A DNA stretch of 63,503 nucleotides, counting the filler, from Choristocarpus tenellus KU-1152 (taxonomy: Eukaryota > Protista > Phaeophyceae), in assembly GCA_964200185.2 (NCBI GenBank). It is 10 parts of 10 records of this genome, joined end to end, with 100 filler letters (N's around TTAATTAATTAA, not from the genome) between each part and the next. Parts side by side here need not be neighbours in the genome. Positions count along the whole stretch, not along the records: positions 37,857 to 47,591 come from CAXNAD020003446.1; positions 47,692 to 52,239 come from CAXNAD020014056.1; 8 more parts are not named here. The stretch is one strand, 5' to 3'. This document shows positions 38,772-51,161 of this stretch, piece after piece. A program made the position numbers and the translations under genes. The notes under the pieces are model-generated. The model ran no database searches. It was not told the origin of the DNA and saw only the letters and a program-made list of their open reading frames with translations. How positions within the stretch are numbered: position 1 is the first letter of the stretch; every line of letters begins with the position of its first letter.

Positions 38772-40299
38772 TCAGGCACGACGAGCCCATCCTTTTCAGG
38801 GCCAAAGACATCGCTATGCCTTGCTTCTCACTTCTCTGATGTTATCGTCTCCCACGAGTACATCGCAGTTATGACGGGACAATGGTATAGCAAGTATCAG
38901 ATGGTGGTTCAACTATTGAAGTCTCTTATGGGAAGGAAGAGTAGTAGTCTGTGGCGATACGGGGGGGATTTGCCCTCAAAAATGTGTGAAACCATCTTTC
39001 AGCACTTCTTCCTCAAAATGTGAGTTTTTGTTGTGCCGTTCTATCTGCTATGGTTGAATATACATAACTTCTCCCCCCATTCAGGCAGATGTTGACACAA
39101 TGGATCTTCAGCAAGGTGACCCATTATATTTTTGCACGGTTTCAAGGATCAAACCTCCGCTTTTAACGTCGCCTCTCAGTTATCAGAGAGAATGAGAAAA
39201 GTCGAGATACCAAGGCTGGGCAGGCCAGTGCCAAGTGTTGGCAGAAGAGGAGGACATCTAACTGGTCAGGTTTCACAAGGTGGGGATTGTAATGGTTGGA
39301 GTCTCTTCATCGAATAATTGATGTAAAATTGAGCAGACTCCTTGCGATTCTACTTCAGTAGATTTTGGAATGTTGTTATCACCTTTTTCTTGCACATTGA
39401 ACATTATTACTCTTCTCCAACGCCCACTGTCCTGTACACTCAATCGGACTAGGAGGTGGGGTTGACCAAGACACCCCGTGCAAGCTCAAGGAAGGCAGTG
39501 CGGTGGAAAACTTCTCTGAACTGTCTGGAGGGTGTTCATCATCACCCATAAACGCCTTCGTCTGACTCTGCCGTATCCCCTTGAATCACTGTACAGATTT
39601 TGGTCTCAACCACACCACTACCACCATGGAGTAGTAGGTGGCAGGGCAGGTCGGAGAGGAAGGGAGAGTGTAGCTGCTGCTACCTCTGCAGGTCCTGTGT
39701 GCCATATCATATTATCATACTACCTCTGTGCCATGAGGTTGTGCTGCAAAACATCTGGGCTCGCCGAGCGAGAACGGCGCCGAATCCAATGATAACTCCA
39801 CAGAGTGAAATCGGGTTGACAATCTCTATCCTGCAACAGCTCAATATGCAAATGGAGTTAGGCGACAAGGGCAGAACCACACCTATTGCGATAACAAGTG
39901 TGTTTTCTCGCACTACTATCAACATGAATATAAAAAAGAAAAAATGGGCAACACAACTACCAGTGGCAAAACGATGGGCACTGTTGAGCACTCCCACTCG
40001 GACTGAGAATATCTATGATGTGTTGGCATATGATGATATGGCTCTGGTGCAAATATATGTATACTCCCAGAGTATAATACTATTATATGTTTTGATCAGA
40101 TGACATCTGTGCTTTCGATTACGCCAATTGATCACGGTCAAAGAGCAGGGAGTGGGACACAAAGGTGTACATCTTACCTTTGTCGGATGTTGCAACGTCC
40201 ACAAGGGTTACACAATTCTTGCAGAATTCTCTACAGTACAGTGTTACTCACAAGAGGTCATCCAATCATGTTATCCACAATAAGCTATTAACACATAGT

Positions 40300-40801
40300 T
40301 ATGCAAAAGAGAGCTATTCCAATAGAATCTTTGCTTATGTGGTATGGATTTATTTATTAGCGGAGTGATCACAGCCCTTGGTGGTGGAGGGTGCACTCTC
40401 TTATTATCTTATTGCACACGTGAGCAGACACATTGAAATTGTATCCTGCCGTTGGTCGTACTATGTCATTTTTCCTGTTTAACTAGTACTACGTCAGTAA
40501 TCCTCCGTCAGTCGAAGAGGGAGAGACGCTGTTGTTTATTGATATAGCTAGCATTACCCTTTGCCTGGCTCTTCTTCCCTTTGTCTGCCTGGAACTGGGC
40601 CCTCAGCATCAGGAAGGCTCCCTTTTCCTCTAAATAAATTTTGGCTGTGTTCTTGTTAGGCTTTAATCACATTTGGCGAAGGGGAATCATGTGAGGCTCA
40701 TAACCTATGCAAAAGAGAGCTATTCCAATAGAATCTTTGCTTTATTTGGTATGGATTTATTTATTAGCGGAGTGAGCACAGCCCTCGGTGGTGGGGGGTG
40801 C
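40300..40801 (+). repeat. ~95-bp near-identical direct repeat (40300-40394 and 40706-40801)
   Basis: TATGCAAAAGAGAGCTATTCCAATAGAATCTTTGCT...GGTGGTGGRGGGTGC occurs twice. Confidence 0.9.
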
Positions 40802-40802
40802 T

Positions 40803-41059
40803 GAGTAAAAGTATCTTAGAAATTACAAGGTTTGCCCTGTTTGTCCATTTGGGGTTTGGCTTCCCTCGGATTTTTTACGACATTTTCCTACTCCAAAATA
40901 TTTCAGAGTAGGAAAATTGTATACGTTATGAAAAGGTGTATCCGGAAAAGGATATTGACCCTTCCTAACAAACGCGATAGCCAAAAGTACATCGAAATCG
41001 CAACATTGGATTTTGACCCCCAAATGGACGCGGCTCTACCCTCTAAGATAATTTGGCTC
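40803..41059 (-). mobile_element. MITE family B, full copy
   Basis: Reverse complement of the family B consensus. Confidence 0.9.
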
Positions 41060-41444
41060 TGTTGTGCGTTATGCATGTCTCAATTTTCTGTAGAGTAGGT
41101 TGTGCCTGATTCACGTACTCACCCTTGTCGTCTGCTGGTGGTGCCCTCTGTTTGATTGCATTCTCCAGCATTGCAATCATTACTTTCAGATACCGTAATA
41201 ACCAGCAGTTCAATCAGTCACAATTCAATCGCTGGTGGCTTAGAGAGCACAAGGTGTGCTTTGTCTGTGAGCCGCAGGTACCTATGTCAAGAAGTCATTG
41301 AAAGACAGAGAGAGGAGTCGATACGTAGCGCTCAGGAAAATGTTTTGATTTGAAGTCATCCTACTGGAGGTTACCTTTAGAAGATTGAGATTTCGGAGAA
41401 CTCAACAGAACAGAAATGATTTGCTTATCCCAAGGGGGGTCAGG

Positions 41445-42220
41445 TATGACAGGAGAAGGTCGGAACTGGAGGGACCCTTTTATTGTAATCCAAGTTAGAG
41501 ATGTATGCCTTGTAACGCTTGAAGTTGTGGTTCAGAAGGAACAAGTGCGCACTCTGATTAGGCTAGATGCCAAGTGATTGTGATTGTATCCTGTTACTTT
41601 TAAGAGGGCCTTTCCGAAAGGAAGCAAATATACACATCGATCACAATTGTGATTGGGAAGATCGGAACTGGGGACCCATTATTTGTAGGCCAAGTCAGAA
41701 GTATATGCTTTGTAACTTTTGAAGGTGATGATCAAAAGGAACAAGTGTATACTCAGATTAGACCAGATGCGAACTGACTATTATTGTATCCTGTGACTCT
41801 CAGGAGGGACACTCCCAAAGGAAACAAGGATGTACAATAATCGCAGTTGTGATTGGGAAGATTAGAAATGGGGACCCATTAATTTGTAGGCCAAGTCAGA
41901 GATGTACGCTTTGTAACTTTTGAACCAGACCCTCAGAAAGAACAAGTGTATACTCGGATTAGGTCAGATGCAAACTGACTGAGATTATATCCTGTGACCT
42001 TGTGGACGGATACCTCCAAAGGAAACAAGTATATACATTAATCACATTTGTGATTAGGGAGATTAGAGCCAGGGACACATTGATTCTAGGCCATGTCAGA
42101 GATGTATGATTCGTAACTTTTGAACCAGACCTCCAAAAGGAACAAATGTATACTCGGATTAGGCCAGATGCAAACAGACTCTGATGGTATTCCTTGACCT
42201 TTGGGGCAGAGTTTCTCAAA
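41445..42220 (+). repeat. Diverged tandem array, ~200-bp unit, about 3.8 copies
   Basis: GATTRGGRAGAT recurs at 41651, 41851 and 42052; GGAACAAGTG..ACTC.GATTAG..CAGATGC occurs in all four units. Confidence 0.9.
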
Positions 42221-42639
42221 GAGAAGACGGACATCCGTCAACCTATTGTGGACCTAGTCAGAGATCTATATGTTTTTTGTAAGTGTATACTCTATGTCTT
42301 GCGACTTTTGGAGATGCATCCTTCAAGAAACACGGGGATATGTCGATCACTGTCGGAAACGACTGGTTTACTTGGAACTGGAATCCCTGTATTGGAAACA
42401 ACTGGAAAAATTGAATCTGGAAGTCCCTGCAAAACCAATTTTGGAAACTATTTATTTCCGATCGTTGGCTTGTCATCCAATGGCAACCAATTAATGCTGC
42501 TGCAGCACGATTGAGGTGATAGTCGATATCTTTGTCCTAGCCTATGCCAATCGCCTTTGGTAAGCACAAAACGTGTGTACCCAGTTCACGCTGAGGGGCA
42601 TGATATGGGCGATTAGCATGTCTGCTATTGCGCTCCAAT

Positions 42640-43470
42640 CAGTGTGAGCAGTCTTGCTATGACATTCACTATTATTATGATATTGTCAGACATTTTTTGT
42701 CTGCGTATATTGAGACATTATTCTTGTGTCAACACATGTGTAAATTGTTTTGAAGGGGGAGGGTCTTGCTACGACACCCCCTAGTTTTATCACCTTTTCT
42801 TATTGTTTGCATGTTTATAGTTCCTAGGGAAGGTAAGCGTTTCTATGGCACCACCGTATCTGCTTGTGAATGTGAGACATTGTGCTAGTGTCCTATAGTT
42901 ATTTGTGTTTATAGTTCTGGAGAGGGAGAGTCTATGACAATACCCTAGTTCAGCGTTGTTATGATTTTGCGTTTGTATTTATTTGGGTTGATAGTTGTGA
43001 CGGAGGAGAGTCTTGTTATGGCACTCCCTATTTTTCTGACATTTGTCTTTATTTGTTTGTATGTTCATAGTTTCTAGGGAGAGTAGGCATTTGTATGGCA
43101 GCACGCATCTCTTTATGACTGTGAGAGATTGTGTTGATCTCTTGTAGTTGTTTGTGTTTATAGTTCTGAAGGGGTAGGGTCTATGACAATGCCCCAACTC
43201 AGTGCTACTGTGATCTTATGTCTGTATTCATTTGTGTTGATAATTTTGAAGGGTTGGAGTCTTTCTATGACAGCACCCTACTATTTTGTTATTTTGAGGC
43301 ATTTTTTGTCTGTACTTGTCATATATGTCAATAGTTCTCAAGGAGGGAGAGCCTTCATATGGCAGCACCGTATTTCTCTGTGACAGTGAGACATTATTTT
43401 GCGTCTGCATTTCTTTGTGTTCCATGGTTTTGAAAAGGGAGAGTTCTTTTAGAACAGTACCCTATTTTGA
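42640..43470 (+). repeat. Diverged tandem array, ~75-90-bp monomers with ~248-bp trimeric higher-order period
   Basis: Motif ATAGTT..G.AGGG.GAGTC...TATG(A/G)CA recurs about 10 times. GTCTT..TAYGRCA starts at ~42763, 43010 and 43259. Confidence 0.8.
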
Positions 43471-43849
43471 CACGAGTGTGAGACTCTGGTGTAGAATGTT
43501 TTCTCTTGAACGTTGAGTCAAATGCAGAGTGAGTGCTGTGAGGTGCGAGTGTCATGCTAGCATATCTGTCGTCAGGGCAAATATTGGAAATAGTTTTTTT
43601 TCCAGGTTTCCTCCTCCGCTGGATCCCCAGCACTGCCTACAGATATATTAGGACCTGCAAGTGACATTCATTTAATTTCTCCTATGCTCATGATAGGATA
43701 AGGAAGGACATTGTATTTCCTTGTCTAATCGCCTGTTCTTCATATTGAAGCAGTCATGCTTCATGCTAGGGGGGCATGTTACATGCGATATGTCTTGATG
43801 GTGGTTCCATAAACTCCATTATGACCTAACAGTCCTAGATTTTATATTT

Positions 43850-44076
43850 GAGTCGAAGTATCTTAGAGGGTAGAGCCGCGTCCATTTGGGGACCAAAATC
43901 CAATGTTGCGATTTTGATGAAAATTNNNNNNNNNNGTTTGTTAGGAAGTGTCAATATCCTTGTTCTGGACGCACCTTTTTATAACGTACACATTTGATCA
44001 ATAAACACCCTGAGGGAAGCCAAGCCCCAAATGGACAAACAGGGCAAAACTCGTACCCTCTAAGATACTTTCACTC
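43850..44076 (+). mobile_element. MITE family B copy with a 10-N scaffold gap and internal deletion
   Basis: Both TIRs present; central hairpin absent. Confidence 0.85.
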
Positions 44077-45599
44077 ATATTTGTACTTCTTGACTATTCA
44101 TTTATCATTTAGTCATTATGATGGCAATTGCGACCACATCATTGCCAGTTCCTTTCCTATGATGAAATCCTATTTATGAAGGGAATAATGGAAGTGAGAG
44201 ATCCAGCATACTTGACTTATGCGTCATGGAGCCTTGTACGAGCTTCATGGTCCACATGCATTCGTATGGATTGGAGCTGCATATCCGATCATGGTAAGTT
44301 TGCGGAGCGTTTTGTAACACTTGGCGGGTCTTCTGCAACTACCTTTCAGCTGGGAACTTGAAAGAAATCAAGGTAATCTTGGAGACACCACAGCTTGTTC
44401 TCTGGCTCTCACATCTTCCCCTCACGTGTCTTACGTGCAAGTCCCCCAAAATCATGAACTTGTTGGGCAGATGAGGGTTATCCAAATGCATCGACACGCC
44501 CCACAAAACCCACAACAGCGTGAGTGAGCCTCCATTTATACGTAGTCACCTCTATTCTCTCGCACCCAATTCTTATTAGTGCTTCCCTGTATGACAGGGG
44601 GTGATCCATACGTTTCTGTTTACAGTAACAGATACGCCGCTGTAGGAACTTGCAGTGGTGGATTTGAAGATAGGTGTGGTGATCTATCCTGAGTACGAAC
44701 ATTAGACAGTCATGCTGCATACATTAACCTTGAGCATCCGAACCTTAAGTTTAATCAATGAAGCGATACTCCAACTCCTTGGGTGCACATTTCTTTGGTG
44801 TGCCCTATGAAACTCCCCCATGCCCGTTGCACCCTGTTGTGGATCTCCCAGCCTCGTGGCATCAACATCATCTCTGATTGAGTCTTCGAGACAGAAAAAC
44901 TAATCATCAATCTGCTTGTACCTTTGGGTACTGTTAAAGAGTCATCCTACTTTAGAGGGGTCTGTTCCCGTGTATATAGTTAGACCTTTCTTTGTTGAGA
45001 ACTTACGACTTTTCAATCCTTCTGTCCCCAACACCCCATTGAGATGCCTGAAATGGAGCCAATCCCCATTTGGAGGCTGTGTTTGTAGAAGAGACGACAA
45101 ACATTCGCCCACGTATGGTTGAAATCACCGTTCAGAGTGCTAGAAGCACAAGTATATATATATATATATATATATATCAGAAGGCAGTCACAGGGACCTC
45201 AAACGCTCAATATGACACCCCCTCCAAGGAACATTACTTCCACAGTTTATCCCTGCACTTCAAGCGAGTATCGATTAGGACTGAGGTAGGGTTGTTTCTG
45301 ACAATATATCGTGTTTACAACTATCCACACCTTCGCTTCTACCCGTAGCCACCATAAATTGAAGTGCCAAGAGATTAGTATTTGAATATACGTTATGGTG
45401 AAACTGACAGCATAAGGTTGAAGTACACACGCCTTAGACGTTTATTGAAAGTTGGCATAATTTCATGAACAAACATTGTGGTTCACACGTTCAGCCGCTT
45501 CAAACAATCAACTTAATTTCGAGGGGTTGGCAGCTTGAGAATATCGTGGGGCCTACTCTGGCGATATCCCCTTGGTTGCCACTGGGCACCAGCTAGAAG

Positions 45600-46337
45600 A
45601 TGGAGTCCACATGGACAAAATGCACCCTTCTGGTGCTTGCAGGTTTTCTCTCCTACACGTACGCATTCACGGCATCGTGGTGTAGAACGGCTGGTATCAA
45701 GGGGTCTATAGTGGGCACCAGCCCTTGGGTTTCTAGCACACGCACTGGCTATCGTAGTTTCGATATGCGGCGAACTGTCTCCCGGCGAAGCAGGTATTAT
45801 CCGTGACTTAACAATCTCTTATCATGGCTTGCTCCTAAAATAAACCCTTGTCCCAGCTTCCCTTCGTACGGTACAACCTAGCCCCTGGTCGTACCAGAAG
45901 GGGTCACAACTGATATCTTTCACCAATTTTGAGAGCTCCGGTACATTCTATTCTTTCTCTACACTAGCAGACTAGCTCGTCGGTATAGACAACTTCTTAT
46001 TGATGAACTGTGAAATGTACGTAAGAAGAAAGAGGATCCTTCGGATGGTTACCAACCATCCACCAACTATCTCCTGCCGTCTCTAGATATATTCACCACG
46101 TCAAATATTTTCGGTACTAACTGATTTTCTCGGCATTAGCTGAGATCACTCTCAATACATTGAATGACCAACACCACATCCCTCTTCCTCCCACGCACCC
46201 ATTAGGGCCACTACCGCGCTTAAGATGGAGTTCGACACGCCGCAGGAGTATGATCGATACCTTGGGGAGCTCATTTTCTCTCAGTCGGATGTGAAGGACG
46301 ATATACTGAAGAGTCTGGACAAGGCTACAGATGAAGA
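45600..46337 (+). CDS. Putative plastid-targeted protein, 5' exons 45600-45793 and 46206-46337
   Basis: Signal peptide MESTWTKCTLLVLAGFLSYTYA|F, then an S/T/R-rich transit peptide. A phase-2 GT-AG intron joins to RATTALKM-EFDTPQEYDRYLGELIFSQ; next donor GTGAGC. Confidence 0.7.
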
Positions 46338-47256
46338 GTGAGCCATAGAAGTTTCCCTTGCCTCTGGGTTCGCTAATTAGGTGAACATCGAGTTTGAGTA
46401 TTGCTAAAGGAACAATTCCTCACTTCTTCGGGAAGTACCCTTCTTCTCCATAGAGTTTATCCCACCCCTAGCGTTTGGAATGCTGATGGCAACCACCATT
46501 GGGGGGTCTCAGACCACCTCTTTGCCTCTTAACTCCTGTAGTACTTTCCCCCGACCTTTTTTCTCTTGATCCGCGTTTTGCACCCCTTCATCAAGAAACA
46601 TCTCACTGACCCTAACCTTACCACAATGCCCCATTCCGTACCCCATATCCTTACCTTCAATCCTATATTGCCCTTGCCCCCAGTATCATGGGAGACCATG
46701 GCATGTCCAGTATATATGTATACATACATCAATCCCACCGTTTTATGGCAGCCCTAACCCAATTATCCCCGCAGCATTTGGGACGCTATTAACATTCTTG
46801 GATAGATGGACTCCTCCATAAGCAGGCGGAGTTGAAGAAATCAGTGTTAATAATATTTCGGTTCTTTAAAAGAAGGCCCTCTCCCAACCCATCACCACCC
46901 ACCACTTCCATCCCATAATCTTGCCCTTTAATTTATTTGACTAGAAGCGATTGTATCAGGGAGGGGTAGAGCTACCTCAACCTTTCAAGAGTCCTCTACC
47001 CGTGGTGCTTGTCTAGTGCTCAAGTTGTTAGGGTGTCTCTACTGTCCCCTTTCCGTCTGGGATGACTATGCAGTAGTCAGGCGTTTGTTCTATCTTACCG
47101 CACAAGAGTGATTAGAATTCGTTCAAAAATTAAATACATTAATAGCTTTTTCTTTTTCTCAAAACCTTGTGTTAAAATACTATTCCAGAGATACGCACAT
47201 CTTTTCATGAGTGTTACCTTATCATTGTTAGGGGTTGTTACTGTTGTCGCTGTTAC

Positions 47257-47279
47257 TAGGGTTAGGGTTAGGGTTGGGG
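47257..47279 (+). repeat. Short interstitial telomere-like (TTAGGG)n
   Basis: TAGGGTTAGGGTTAGGGTTGGGG. Confidence 0.6.
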
Positions 47280-48583
47280 CTAATTTCTTTGGTGTCCAAG
47301 TTATCTTTGGTATCTGAGGTCCTTGCCATGCCACGCTGCCACCCTACAACCAGAGCATGGGGCTGGACATTGCCATCAGTCACCATGAGTCACTGAATGA
47401 TGTTGGATCCCTTTTGTCGAAATGGCTTACAAAGAGGGAGGTATTGCAGCTGGTTGAGTTGCACTGATAATTTGTACTGTGAGAATTGCATGTCAAATTT
47501 GATCTCCACAATCATGTTGGATGAGAGACCCTCAAGAGTCTGTCATACACGATTATTAAATTTTCTTCTTTTTTTTTTTGGGGGGGGGGGGNNNNNNNNN
47601 NNNNNNNNNNNNNNNNNNNNNNNNNNNNNNNNNNNTTAATTAATTAANNNNNNNNNNNNNNNNNNNNNNNNNNNNNNNNNNNNNNNNNNNNCTCTCTCAA
47701 TCCGAATGGTATTCGTATTTAATCTATGTATATAGGAATGTAGTTGACTTAGAAATTTCATACAAGTGTAGTTCGTATGTGTACGACAGTCGTATGTACG
47801 GTACACTCTATCTGTTGGCATGTTGAGACGGATAAAGAGCACTATTTTGTTATTCTACTGTACCTGCCTTACTCTGTTTTTTGGGTGACTGATGCGTCAG
47901 AGTATATGTGATGAAGATTCTTCTAGGTGCCAAATGGTCAATACTGCAACATAGCACTGTAAAAATAGAGCGGGTCGGGTACAGTAGGACAATGACATGG
48001 TGTTCCTCAGTCCACGCAGGCGCACAACATAGTACAACATTAAGCCTCATTTCAACAAGCTCCCCACCAGTGATGAAAGTACAGTATGCTTGAGAAAATT
48101 TCATCTGATTTCTGTCTGGCAGAACTCAAGAGCCAAAAATGATCGATTTCTAGGGAAAGGAATTCTGAGCTTCTATGAGCGACTCTCTGGGTTCATAAGA
48201 TCCTGTGTTTTGTATCTAACGCCTCTGTTCATTCCTTACTTCTCATGCGTTTGGTTCAGAAATCCCACCGGTTGTTGCTTCACCTCCTTCAAACATTGTT
48301 CTGGATTGGTCTTGATGTTGTCACCTTGACTTTAGCTTGTCAATTTCGTGGTATAGGGAGAGACAAGGTGGTATAGGTGCATAATTTGTTCTTGCCATGT
48401 GGGTTTGGATATTGAAGGCAGATTTCCTAGAAACGGGGACTGGTGTGGATGGGGTTCGAACCCGCGAAATACCTTCAGCAAGCTCTACTTACTTTTGATA
48501 AAGGCTCAATGTAATGTGGATCAATACAGTGTTTAAATTGATTAAGCCAATATACATATGTGACGCTGACGAAAAGTATATCA

Positions 48584-48833
48584 GAGGTAAAGTAAACGAG
48601 AGGGGTACCCATTGAGGATGCTATCAAATATGTGCAAAATCTGACTTCTTAAAATAATATGTATTGCATCCTTCCAAATCTGTCGAAAATTTTCAAGCAA
48701 TAGAGAAATCAACCCTCTCAACTCGATTTTAGCACTGCATCCACAGAAATGTGGGTGGTTTTCAAAAGATTGAAGAAATTGACATAAAATGCGAAACGGT
48801 AAAAACTCGGGTACCTCTCGTTCAGTTTGGCTC
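48584..48833. mobile_element. MITE family C-type element
   Basis: GAGGTAAAGTAAACGAGAGGGGTACCC / GGGTACCTCTCGTTCAGTTTGGCTC; TSD not conserved. Confidence 0.7.
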
Positions 48834-49312
48834 CGATACCATGCCAACTGCCATGTTTTGGATGCGTTAGGGAAGGACAAAGACCAAAACAAACTAGGTT
48901 AGAGGTTAGCAGCAGTGTGCGCATCATGTTATGATTAGCAACCTTTAGGGGACCGTTGTGGTATAGGTAGTATTGAAATTCTTTTAAGTAGTAAATAGTT
49001 TTTGTTGAGGTTCCTTCAACATATGTGACAAACTGTTACTATTACAGGGGAGTTATGATTTTGGTTTGACTTTTTCCCTATCACATCTGCAATATGTCCG
49101 AGGGCATAATGATACGACTTACAATTGATTGCCTGTGCTGTATATAGATGTAGCTACTTCATACCGTCCATTATCTTTTTCAGTGATACCGTTTCGCCAA
49201 CTCCCATCACTTCTATGTTTTCTTAAGCTAAAACTCAACAGACATATCACACACCCCACATATGTCCCACAAAAACGTGTAACACTCACGTCAACCCAAC
49301 CACTATTCTTAA

Positions 49313-49859
49313 GTTTTGTTTTGCTCACGAATTCTGGATTATTATTATTTTATTCTACATTTGTATTCCTCCCTATTCCATTTTCTCCCCACATTCTAAC
49401 AACCCTTGTGACCAACCAGAGCAACTTCTTCGCCACTGATTTCCAGTCACCGTTCACCTCTGATGACCAACCAGGGCGAACCCCCCTTCACCTCTGATTT
49501 CCAGTCACCCCCACATCTGATGACCAACCAGGGCGAACCCCCTTCGCCTCGGATTTCCAGTTACCCCTACATCTGATGACCAGGGCGACCCCTTCGTCAC
49601 TGATTTCCAGTCACCCCCCCTATCCGATGACCAACCAGTGCGACCCCTTTCGCCACTGATTTCCGGTCTCTACCACCCCTTTCAATCCTATTCAACCCCA
49701 CTCAACCCCAAACCAGTTGCCACACCACTCAACACCACTCCACAATTTTATTATTATGCCCTCTGACATTTTGCAGATGTGTCAGCTCCACAATCATCCA
49801 AGAAGCTACCTTTATCATCCCCTTCATACCGTGCCTTAGAGCTAGAAGACATCTACCCC
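49313..49859 (+). repeat. Second copy of the ~56-bp-unit dispersed repeat (about 4.5 units, 49427-49670)
   Basis: Reverse complement of 20455-20954 with one extra unit. Confidence 0.85.
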
Positions 49860-50588
49860 ACCCTAAGATCCAAGTCGGTCGTGAGCAAGCGACAGGGCGG
49901 GTGGGTGGGAAAGTTTGCTCGGGGGTCCTCTTGATCTAGCCCTCCTCGTCTTGTACCCCAGCCTCCGGTTTCCTCGTTCGATTCAATACTGTTCATTCCT
50001 TCTTCCCTTGTGCCTCCGTCTGCCACCTATTTTCTTAACCACTCAATCTTAACTCTTCGTTCCCTCCTTGATACTTTTATTTCTTACTGTCCCCTTCCTT
50101 GTCTTGTGCCCCCAACCAACCAGAATTCTTCCGCCCACAAAACTCAGATTACTTCATAAACTTTCCCTTGTATTCTGATATCAACTGAAACATATTTCTT
50201 GTTGGGGAATTCGTCACATCGTGTCCCCACTGATTAACCTCGATCTGTTTCAGAATAAAATATAACATTGTTGTGTGTTCAAATTCTTGTTGTGGGAAAG
50301 AAATTTCCAGCTTTGATTGTACCGAGTATCATTTAGTTTATCCAGATTCTATATACAGTGATCCTACTCTCTTACTATACTATAATATTTCAAGAATTGT
50401 GAAGAAATATTGATGTATCAAGTTTGTTTTGTTTATTGAGTTGACCCTTTGGAAGATACCATTTCTGTAGCACCTCTACACAACCTAATCAAGTTTTAGT
50501 ACATTCCCTATCACGTTAAGGTAGGTGTACACCAGTTGAGGCGGTTGTGGTTGGCTTGCGGCGTGGTATAATACCTCTGCTATCAATC

Positions 50589-51161
50589 ATGTTCACGAGG
50601 AAACGGAGGTGGAGACGACTGAAATCAAGCAAGCGTACATGTTGCAGCAACGAGGTCCCCTCCTTGACTCCTTCGTTGGAGAGGTCGCCCTTGTCGGACT
50701 TGGGCGATTTCTTGTTGAAGATATTTTGCCTCGACAATGGTGGCGTGGTGGAGAGGGCTCCAGCGAAGGCCATGAAGTCTTGCATAAAGCCAGGCTTCCA
50801 GTCCCGACGAAGTGGTTCGGATGTCGATAATGGTTGTAGGGCAGGTCGTGTGCACTTCTGCCCTATAGTACAAGTGATGTCGATTGAGTCTCGCAACGAT
50901 TTTGTGCACCTTTTGCCGCACATGCACTGGCAGCCTCAAGACTATGTCGGATTCCGCCGAGTGCTCGTGAACGAGCGTCAACTGAGGAAACAAGTGGCAA
51001 AGGAAGAGACGGATCGCATGTCTCGGGAAGACTACCGCCCAGATTGTTGTGTGGACTCTGAGGCATCGACGGTTAAATATAGTATTGGCCTTGGCCCTGA
51101 AACAAGGGACTTGGCCAGCGGAAGCCCTTATCCTGCTGTCACTTTCCCTTGGCTGACTTAA
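50589..51161 (+). CDS. Uncharacterised protein, first exon (possible donor near 51070)
   Basis: GC/CpG-rich ORF of ~190 aa from the ATG at 50589, with RVHFCPIVQVMSIESRNDF...HWQPQDYVGFRR (RVxF-type motif). Confidence 0.6.
   Translation: MFTRKRRWRRLKSSKRTCCSNEVPSLTPSLERSPLSDLGDFLLKIFCLDNGGVVERAPAKAMKSCIKPGFQSRRSGSDVDNGCRAGRVHFCPIVQVMSIESRNDFVHLLPHMHWQPQDYVGFRRVLVNERQLRKQVAKEETDRMSREDYRPDCCVDSEASTVKYSIGLGPETRDLASGSPYPAVTFPWLT

Noticed and set aside
42640-43470. CRISPR-like repeat-spacer array
   Set aside because: The cores are degenerate, the linkers are homologous to each other with a trimer period, the context is eukaryotic and there are no cas genes.
47257-47279. True telomere
   Set aside because: Only about three units, internal to the contig.
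48441-48466. tRNA gene (minus strand GCGGGTTCGAACCCCATCCACACCA)
   Set aside because: Only an imperfect T-arm/B-box and 3' end; no acceptor partner, D arm or anticodon arm. At most a tRNA or SINE relic.
49427-49670. CRISPR array or 19-aa repeat protein
   Set aside because: Units are head-to-tail with no unique spacers, and variable unit length breaks the frame.
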